From assembly GCA_043812495.1 (NCBI GenBank), contig JBDRMG010000041.1, positions 1 through 32,070 on the forward strand: DNA of 32,070 nt, written 5' to 3'. A program made the translations under genes and the position numbers. How positions within the stretch are numbered: position 1 is the stretch's first letter; each line of letters starts with the position of its first letter. The stretch is from Candidatus Omnitrophota bacterium (GTDB lineage: Bacteria > Omnitrophota > Gorgyraeia > Zapsychrales > JBDRMG01). The notes beneath the pieces are model-generated. The model was not told the DNA's origin. It saw only the letters and a list, made by a program, of their open reading frames with translations, and searched no databases. This document shows, in pieces, positions 25,807-32,070 of the stretch.

Positions 25807-26113
25807 CTTCGCCGAATACCCCGCAGCTTGCTGCGGGTATGAAGGCGAAACTAGAACCCTACGAAGTCCAGCTTCGCCAAAATGCTTTCGCTTTTGGCTT
25901 CGCCGAGATCCCGCCGAAGTCCAACACGAAAAGTATTGGACGAAGGCGGACTCCTAAACGAAAGTTTTGGAGCGTAGTAGGGTTGGATATTCGGTCCTCC
26001 TTCGCCAAGGCTTCGGAGGGATTCTGCGAAGCTTTAGCGAAGCAGAACTTCGAAGAATGAACCATCCAAGATTTCCCATAAGATACCCCGTAGATTGCTA
26101 CGGGGAGGTTCAT
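25807..26113. mobile_element. Non-autonomous palindromic element with IS200/IS605-like subterminal hairpins
   Basis: Related hairpins ATACCCCGCAGCTTGCTGCGGG (25816) and ATACCCCGTAGATTGCTACGGGG (26083) lie at the two ends. The interior is packed with hairpins and has no credible ORF. Confidence 0.6.
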
Positions 26114-27528
26114 TTCCCAATACAAAAATTCGAGAAAATGTGATCAAGGCAATCGCTGGTGACATTGCGACCCGTGATGGCATCCAGATGATTGATAGCG
26201 GCTTTCATGTCCTCAGAGACTAATTCACAAGGCAGGTTGCCGGATAAATTTTCTTGAGCTTCCCGAAGGACGCCCCGGCTTTGTTCTAAGGCTTGGATAT
26301 GACGGGCATTGCTCACAAGGATGCCTTGCGTGCTGACAACTTTTCCATGCCAAACATTTTCAACAATCTTTTCTTCGAGTTTATCAATGCCCATTTTCTT
26401 GAGGGCAGAAATCTTTAGCCGAATGCATTTATTAAATTTCTTCCGCACCTTTTCTTCGTTTATTTTCTTCTTCAAATCACTCTTGTTAAAAAGGACAATA
26501 ACGTTTTTGCCTTGAACATGCTCTATTAGCATCGCGTCTTCACCGGTCAAAGGTTGACTTGCATCCAAAACAAACAAAATCAAATCAGCTTCCTCAATCG
26601 ACAGGTGGCTTCGCCGGACGGCTTCTTTTTCGATCAAATTGCGAGGACGCAAGATTCCGGCCGTATCCACCAACTGCAAAGGAATCCCTTTGATCTGCGC
26701 TGTTTCTTCGATGGTATCGCGCGTGGTTCCGGCAATTTCGGTCACAATGGCCCGCGGACTTTTCAGTAACACATTGAGCAGGGAAGATTTTCCGACGTTG
26801 GGTTTGCCCGCAATCACAACTTTGATGCCCTCTCTTAAGATCCGTCCGTGATGGCTAGATTCTAAAAGTTTTTCGATGCGCTTCATCGCCAGAGCGCTTT
26901 TCTTCATCCATGAGCGTCGACCGGAAACATCGATCTCTTCATCCGGAAAGTTCATCGTCGCTTCGATGTCCGTATAAATATCCATCAATTCTTCGCGAAT
27001 GGATTCAAGCGCATGCGTTAAATCTCCTTTGAGCTGATTTAAGCTTATCTTTAAAAAAGCATCTGTCTTCGCTTGAATAATATCCAAGACGGCCTCGGCT
27101 TGCGTTAAATCCAAGCGGCCGTTTAAGAAGGCCCTTTTGGTGAATTCGCCGGGTTCGGCCAAGCGAGCACCCTTCTGGAGGGCTTGATGGAGAATAGCGC
27201 GAAGCGGCACCATTCCTCCGTGCGCGCTGATTTCAACGATATCCTCCTTGGTGTAACTGTGCGGCGCGCGCATCACCGTCAGAAGCGCTTCATCGATCAT
27301 TTCATTCTCTGGTTTCTGTGCTTTGGTTTCTGTTCTCTTTTTGACAATCCATCCATAATAGGCGGTGTAATTCTTAAAGGAAGACACCTTTTTCTTTCGC
27401 CTTGAAAGAAACATTTTCCCGGCAATGGCTATGGCGTCGGGTCCGCTTAAGCGAACGATTCCGATGCCGCCCTGACCCGGCGGCGTGGAAACAGCCACAA
27501 TCGTATCATTTAAATGGATAGATGACAT
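26110..27528 (-). CDS. mnmE: tRNA modification GTPase MnmE/TrmE
   Basis: DTIVAVSTPPG, GEFTKRAFLNG, GKPNVGKSS, GTTRD, DTAG, NKSD and terminal FCIGK. Confidence 0.97.
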   Translation of the reverse strand: MSSIHLNDTIVAVSTPPGQGGIGIVRLSGPDAIAIAGKMFLSRRKKKVSSFKNYTAYYGWIVKKRTETKAQKPENEMIDEALLTVMRAPHSYTKEDIVEISAHGGMVPLRAILHQALQKGARLAEPGEFTKRAFLNGRLDLTQAEAVLDIIQAKTDAFLKISLNQLKGDLTHALESIREELMDIYTDIEATMNFPDEEIDVSGRRSWMKKSALAMKRIEKLLESSHHGRILREGIKVVIAGKPNVGKSSLLNVLLKSPRAIVTEIAGTTRDTIEETAQIKGIPLQLVDTAGILRPRNLIEKEAVRRSHLSIEEADLILFVLDASQPLTGEDAMLIEHVQGKNVIVLFNKSDLKKKINEEKVRKKFNKCIRLKISALKKMGIDKLEEKIVENVWHGKVVSTQGILVSNARHIQALEQSRGVLREAQENLSGNLPCELVSEDMKAAINHLDAITGRNVTSDCLDHIFSNFCIGK

Positions 27529-28865
27529 AATTCCCTGACCTCGGCAACGACAAATGAGGAACCCGTGACTAAAATGATATCTTCCGGACGGGCCCTTTGG
27601 AGAGCTGTATCAAGCGCGTCCTGAACATTTTCCTTTAAGAGTACTTCTTTTTGCGTAAATAACTCTTGTGAATTGGTTTCTTCAAAACGAAAGGCGCGCG
27701 GATGCGCCGAGCTTGTCAAGATCACCGTTTGAACCAGCTCATTAAGTTCTTGGCAAATTCCCCGAATATTTTTGTCTTTGGAAATTCCACAAACAAGAAT
27801 AACTTTTTTATGCGGAAAAATTTCTCCGACGCTTTCTTTAAGAAGCCGGCAGGATTCAACTGTGTGCGCGCTATCCAAAATCATTAAAGGTTCCTTTTGG
27901 ATGATTTCAAAGCGCCCGGGCCATACGGCCTTTTCCAGTCCCTGGGCAATAGATGAGGCGTCAATCGTATATCCGAAATTCCTCAGGGATTCGACTATTC
28001 CGACGCTTGTGCATGCATTGATCGCCTGAGATTTTCCCATTAATCGAATAGCCAGATGATTGTACTGCGCCAAAAGACCTTTGATATCAAGAATTTGTTT
28101 CTCCGGATCCTGCTTTAAGCGTTGAAAACGCAGATGTTCTCCGACAAGAAAATACGAAGCCCCCATGTCCTGACATCGAGCTTGGATGGCCTCCAAGGCC
28201 TGCTCAGGCTGAGGCGCGATGATAACGGTTTGATTTCCTTGTTTAATGATCGCTGCTTTTTCTTTAGCAATAAGATCAAGCGTTGAGCCAAGCAGTTTTT
28301 CGTGTTCATATCCGATTGAAGTAATCCCGCAGACCAGCGAATCAATCGCGTTGGTCGCATCCAAACGGCCTCCCAGGCCTGTTTCAAGAACCGCAAAATC
28401 AACTTTGTTCTGCGCAAAATAAACAACCGCGCATAAGGTTAAAATCTCAAAATAACTTAGGCCGCTCAGTTCCTTGGATGAGCGTCGTGGCTCGATGACA
28501 TCTTTGAGCTCATCTAAGGTCGCACAAAAATCAATTTCGCTGATTTTTCCCGAAAAAGAATCTTCTTCTCGATTGAACGGATCCAGAATGCGAATACGCT
28601 CTCTGACCTCATGCAAATGGGGAGATGTGTAAAGGCCGACACGATATCCGGCTTCCTTAAGAATATAGGCTGTGAAGACACATGTGGACCCTTTTCCCTT
28701 GGTGCCGGCGACGTGAATAAACTTGATATTCTCTTGAGGATTCCCGAGATATTGAAGAAGTGCGCGAACGCGCTCAAGGCCGAAAGACGAGGACTGCGCT
28801 TGATCCAGACCTCGCTCATAATTGATAAAGGAATCCAGATACTGCGTGGCCTCTGTATAGTTCAT
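27510..28865 (-). CDS. folC: Bifunctional folylpolyglutamate/dihydrofolate synthase
   Basis: IHVAGTKGKGS, YTSPHL, ETGLGGRLDATN, WPGRFE and LVTGS. Confidence 0.95.
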   Translation of the reverse strand: MNYTEATQYLDSFINYERGLDQAQSSSFGLERVRALLQYLGNPQENIKFIHVAGTKGKGSTCVFTAYILKEAGYRVGLYTSPHLHEVRERIRILDPFNREEDSFSGKISEIDFCATLDELKDVIEPRRSSKELSGLSYFEILTLCAVVYFAQNKVDFAVLETGLGGRLDATNAIDSLVCGITSIGYEHEKLLGSTLDLIAKEKAAIIKQGNQTVIIAPQPEQALEAIQARCQDMGASYFLVGEHLRFQRLKQDPEKQILDIKGLLAQYNHLAIRLMGKSQAINACTSVGIVESLRNFGYTIDASSIAQGLEKAVWPGRFEIIQKEPLMILDSAHTVESCRLLKESVGEIFPHKKVILVCGISKDKNIRGICQELNELVQTVILTSSAHPRAFRFEETNSQELFTQKEVLLKENVQDALDTALQRARPEDIILVTGSSFVVAEVRELCHLSI

Positions 28866-28909
28866 CGAAGGAATTAATGGTTTTTTCTTAATGAAGTTGG
28901 AAGAAAAAA

Positions 28910-29001
28910 CCTGATTGGAGTGATTATAACTCAGATTACAGTAAATTTTATTATTATCAGATTGCTAATCTTTGGAATCTCAAATAATCTCTGAAATCAG
29001 G
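28910..29001. repeat. Degenerate GATT/AATC periodic inverted-repeat element
   Basis: CCTGATT..GATT..CAGATT..CAGATT followed by AATCT x3 and AATCAGG, the same architecture as 5951-6036. Confidence 0.5.
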
Positions 29002-29076
29002 GCCATTCTTCCGTTTATTATCTTTTTGTTCTTCCATGCCTTATTAAATATCAACCAACTTAAATAAGAATGGCCC
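29000..29076. mobile_element. 77-bp MITE-like element, copy 1
   Basis: 11-bp TIR GGGCCATTCTT / AAGAATGGCCC. Homologous to 31267-31345. Confidence 0.65.
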
Positions 29077-29078
29077 AA

Positions 29079-30635
29079 TTAATGTTTAAAGTGCCTGACG
29101 CCGGTTGTGACCATGGCGATTTTGGCTTGATCGGCACAACGGATGACTTCGGCATCGGCGATGGAACCGCCGGTTTGAATGATGGCTTTAATGCCGGCCT
29201 TGGCGGCCAATTGAACGGTGTCTTCTTTGGGAATAAAGGCATCAGAAATAAGAAGGGAGTTTTTTGCTTTTTTGCCGGCCTTGCGGATGGCCAAACGCGC
29301 GCTTTCGACGCGTGAGGTCTGCCCGCAACCGATTCCGACGGTCCTTTTATCTTTGACGAGACAAATGGCATTGGATTTGATGTGCTTGATCACTTTCCAG
29401 CCAAAGAGTAAGGACTCGATTTGAGAAGCGGTGGGTTGATTCTTGGTCACTGTCTTTAAATCCTGAGCGTGAGTGGTTTGACGATCACATTCCTGGCAAA
29501 GAAATCCGCCGGAAACATCTTTGTATTCCAACTCTTTCTTTTTGAAATCCTCGAGTTTGACTTGAATCAAACGCAAATTCTTTTTCTTTTTGAGAGCCTT
29601 CAGGGCCCCTGCATCAAAACCTGGAGCAATCACGCATTCCATGAATCCGCTTTTGATAATGAGTTGCGCGGTTGCGCGGTCGACTTTTTGATTCAGGCCG
29701 ATGATCCCGCCAAACGCCGAAACAGGATCACAGTCGAGCGCTTCGCTAAAGGCCTTGGATAAGACTTGATTTTCCGCGACCCCGGTCGGATTATTATGCT
29801 TGATAATGGTAGCGGCCGGTTGATCAAAATCACAAACAACACGCGCGGCGGCATCGCAATCCAGAATATTATTAAAGGAAAGCTCCTTGCCGTGAAGCTG
29901 TTTCAGCCCCGATAGTCCTCCCTGATTGTCCACAAGCCGATAAAAGGCAGCGGCCTGATGAGGATTTTCGCCGTAACGAAGATCTTGTATTCTCGTAAGC
30001 CGTAAAGAAATCTCGGATGGCAATCCCGAAAACTCACCCGAACGCAGCCGGTTATTGAGATACTGATAAATCAGGCGATCATACTGCGCCGTTCGATGAA
30101 AGGCCTCGATGGCCAAATGCGTCAGGACATGATCCGACAACATACCGCTATTGGTGTCCAGTTCTTGCAAAATATCCTTATAGCGCTCGGGATCACAGAC
30201 AACCGCAACGCTTTTGAAACTCTTCGCCGCCGAACGAAGCATGGACGGGCCACCAATATCAATATTTTCGATCACCTCTTGAAGCGACACGTTCTTCTTC
30301 TGAATCACGCGTTCAAACGGATAGAGATTCACCACGACCATATCGATAAGGCCGATTTTATGGTCTTTAAGCTCTTTAAGATGCTGGGCATTCTCGCGAA
30401 CAGCCAAAAGCCCGGCGTGGATAGCCGGATGCAGGGTCTTGACGCGCCCGTCGAGCATTTCGGGAAAACCGGTATAATCGCTCACTTCACGGACAGGCAC
30501 CCCGGCATTGTTAATCAAGCGGGCTGTTCCGCCGGTTGAGATGATCTCAATTCCAAACGCATGCAGACCTTTGACGAACTCAGCCAAACCTGTCTTATCG
30601 GAAACACTGACGAGGGCTCTTTTGACTTTGATCAT
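29079..30635 (-). CDS. purH: Bifunctional AICAR transformylase / IMP cyclohydrolase
   Basis: RALVSVSDKTG, GRVKTLHP, IDIGGPSM, LRYGENPHQ, KHNNP, SDAF and terminal RHFKH. Confidence 0.97.
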   Translation of the reverse strand: MIKVKRALVSVSDKTGLAEFVKGLHAFGIEIISTGGTARLINNAGVPVREVSDYTGFPEMLDGRVKTLHPAIHAGLLAVRENAQHLKELKDHKIGLIDMVVVNLYPFERVIQKKNVSLQEVIENIDIGGPSMLRSAAKSFKSVAVVCDPERYKDILQELDTNSGMLSDHVLTHLAIEAFHRTAQYDRLIYQYLNNRLRSGEFSGLPSEISLRLTRIQDLRYGENPHQAAAFYRLVDNQGGLSGLKQLHGKELSFNNILDCDAAARVVCDFDQPAATIIKHNNPTGVAENQVLSKAFSEALDCDPVSAFGGIIGLNQKVDRATAQLIIKSGFMECVIAPGFDAGALKALKKKKNLRLIQVKLEDFKKKELEYKDVSGGFLCQECDRQTTHAQDLKTVTKNQPTASQIESLLFGWKVIKHIKSNAICLVKDKRTVGIGCGQTSRVESARLAIRKAGKKAKNSLLISDAFIPKEDTVQLAAKAGIKAIIQTGGSIADAEVIRCADQAKIAMVTTGVRHFKH

Positions 30636-31171
30636 GGTAGCTTATTTATTTTTTCTTTGGCCAGCTTGATGATTTCCTGCATAAACCGCGGCAAGTCTTC
30701 CGGCTTGCGGGACGTTACGATGTTCCCGTCCACCACAACTTCTTGGTCAATATATTCGGCCCCGGCCGCAATCAAATCGTCTTTGATCGCGAAAAAACAC
30801 GTGACCCTCTTTCCTCTAATTATATCCGCAGAGACCAAAAGCCAGCCGCCATGACAGATGGCGCCAACAATTCCATTTGCTTTATGAATGTCTTTGATGA
30901 AGTTAACGATCTTTGGATAGCGTCTGAGAATATCCGGCGCGTAACCGCCCGGAATGATCACGCCGATAAAATCAGACGCCTTGACTTCATCGATGGATGC
31001 ATCAACGTTAATCGGATAGCCTTCTTTGCTTGCGTACGTCTTTTTGGTTCCCGTGCCGATACTGACGACATCCAGATGTTCCTCTTTGAGCCTCAAGAGC
31101 GGATACCAAACTTCCAAAACCTGATAGAGGTCTTCCGCGAGAACCGCAATCTTCGAAGAGATCTTTTTCAT
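30632..31171 (-). CDS. PfpI/DJ-1 family (type 1 glutamine amidotransferase-like) protease/deglycase
   Basis: LEVWYP, IPGGYAPD, AICHGG and VVVDGNIVTSRKPEDLP. ATGA overlap with purH. Confidence 0.92.
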   Translation of the reverse strand: MKKISSKIAVLAEDLYQVLEVWYPLLRLKEEHLDVVSIGTGTKKTYASKEGYPINVDASIDEVKASDFIGVIIPGGYAPDILRRYPKIVNFIKDIHKANGIVGAICHGGWLLVSADIIRGKRVTCFFAIKDDLIAAGAEYIDQEVVVDGNIVTSRKPEDLPRFMQEIIKLAKEKINKLP

Positions 31172-31226
31172 GCGTTACCCCTTCCCTTGATGGACTTTGG
31201 ACGATTCCTTTTGGATGAGTTGGCGA

Positions 31227-31266
31227 AAAAGAGGTTCTTTCATATTTAGGAAGGATGAAAGAACCT
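31227..31266 (-). terminator. Intrinsic terminator between rpsU and pfpI
   Basis: A 12-bp stem AGGTTCTTTCAT / ATGAAAGAACCT is followed on the minus strand by CTTTTT. Confidence 0.55.
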
Positions 31267-31345
31267 GGGCCATTCAATCTTTTTCATCATCTATTTGTCT
31301 TGTTTTAAGTTACGAGATATTTATCAATCCAAATAAGAATGGCCC
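31267..31345. mobile_element. 79-bp MITE-like element, copy 2
   Basis: TIR GGGCCATTC / GAATGGCCC. It shares AAATAAGAATGGCCCAA exactly with copy 1. Confidence 0.65.
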
Positions 31346-31425
31346 AAAAAAGACGTTTATTCAATCAACAGAAACACTCAAATTTATTTGTCGGCGAGTA
31401 TCTGAAGTCGCCAAGCGAAGACGAT

Positions 31426-31593
31426 TCATCTATTGCGAATCATTTTTCCTTTTCTTCTTTTCTTCTCGGAGGGCTTGGAATAATATCGCCTCTCCTTGAG
31501 CTCCATCAGAAATCCTTCTTTCTGACATTGCTTTTTGAATATCCTCATGGCTTTTTCAAAGCCGTTCTTGTCTGTCACTTTCACTTCAACCAT
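31426..31593 (-). CDS. rpsU: 30S ribosomal protein S21
   Basis: MVEVKV...FEKAMRIFKKQCQKEG..ELKERRYYSKPSEKKRRK. Start ATG 31593 after GAAGGTG. Confidence 0.92.
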   Translation of the reverse strand: MVEVKVTDKNGFEKAMRIFKKQCQKEGFLMELKERRYYSKPSEKKRRKGKMIRNR

Positions 31594-31649
31594 AATTGAT
31601 GAATTCACCTTCTTTCTTGCAAAATTTTTGACCACACCGAATGCTTTTT

Positions 31650-31677
31650 ATTATACTCAAAACGCCCGCAATGTAAA
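31650..31677 (-). promoter_or_regulatory. Sigma70 promoter of rpsU
   Basis: TTTACA-N16-TATAAT on the minus strand. Confidence 0.6.
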
Positions 31678-31771
31678 GGATGTATCCACTTAAAGCAAGA
31701 ACATATCGCCGCTTTAGATAGCGCCGGCGCCCTCTTCTCCATTTTTCGTGAATCCTCCTACAATAAAGCCA

Positions 31772-32001
31772 GATAGTGCACTCGCTTCGCGCGTGCACTA
31801 TCCTCCTTTAGGGCCGCCCCTATTATCAAAGGGGCGGGGTCGTATCAAAATTTTCCTATCGGGTCCCGCCCTTTGCCTTTAGGCAAAGGGCGGTCGGAAT
31901 TATCCGCAGGATATTTTCTTTTTATAATGAATCAATTACCCTGTGCCAAGAGCACAGGGTATGAAGGTCTATTCCCAAAGACGAAGCTGGACTTCTTTGG
32001 G
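31772..32001. repeat. Cluster of palindromic elements, including a relative of the 25807 element end
   Basis: GATAGTGCAC/GTGCACTATC, two CCGCCC..GGGCGG hairpins, TACCCTGTGC-CAAGA-GCACAGGGTATGAAGG and CGAAGCTGGACTTC. Confidence 0.7.
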
Positions 32002-32070
32002 CGTTTTCCCTTGTTCTTTTATATATTTTTCCACTACTTCCCAATTCCCACGCTCGCCTACTGTCCCCAC

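Noticed and set aside
25594..26125. ORFs 25594-25794, 25839-26060 and 25859-26125
   Set aside because: They lie wholly inside stacked palindromes, with no SD and no recognisable domain.
31172..31425. ZTP (pfl) riboswitch in the leader upstream of pfpI-purH
   Set aside because: purH is a typical ZTP target and a terminator is present, but the conserved 3' CGCCTGGGC-type motif is absent on the minus strand. The space is explained by a MITE and hairpins.
31586..31798. 70-aa minus-strand ORF upstream of rpsU
   Set aside because: It starts within a palindrome with only a 3-nt SD spacing, spans the rpsU promoter and has no recognisable domain.

Overview
Bacterial chromosomal window, mostly minus-strand genes at roughly 40-45% GC. 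The gene style suggests a PVC-type lineage such as Candidatus Omnitrophota, which is an inference only. Housekeeping genes are tRNA-Ala(GGC), tRNA-Leu(CAA), rlmN, accA, a LysM L,D-transpeptidase, a divergent PAP2, YifB/ComM, mnmE, folC, purH, a PfpI-like protease and rpsU. There are two toxin-antitoxin pairs (DUF433/DUF5615-PIN and wHTH-MNT/HEPN) and a ~12.5 kb surface-glycosylation locus: Gfo/Idh/MocA dehydrogenase, epimerase, DegT aminotransferase, acetyltransferase, GT2, SMR-type flippase and four GT-C-like membrane proteins. The most unusual signal is non-coding: several families of short, modular, nested palindromic elements with no transposase in the window. (i) A 190-bp GC-rich element with an 8-bp target duplication is inserted in frame in a membrane-protein gene, adding 66 aa. 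(ii) Four copies of a two-hairpin scaffold have conserved junctions but exchangeable, even inverted, hairpin cargo; they abut stop codons and Shine-Dalgarno sites. (iii) A tRNA-Ala 5' relic is punctured by palindromes directly behind the tRNA promoter. (iv) Two CGCAGAT-type direct-repeat elements bracket the five-gene amino-sugar module. (v) An IS200/IS605-like palindromic element sits at the mnmE stop, and a pair of ~78-bp TIR MITEs flanks pfpI-purH. A C15 tract in a membrane-protein gene is a candidate phase-variation switch.
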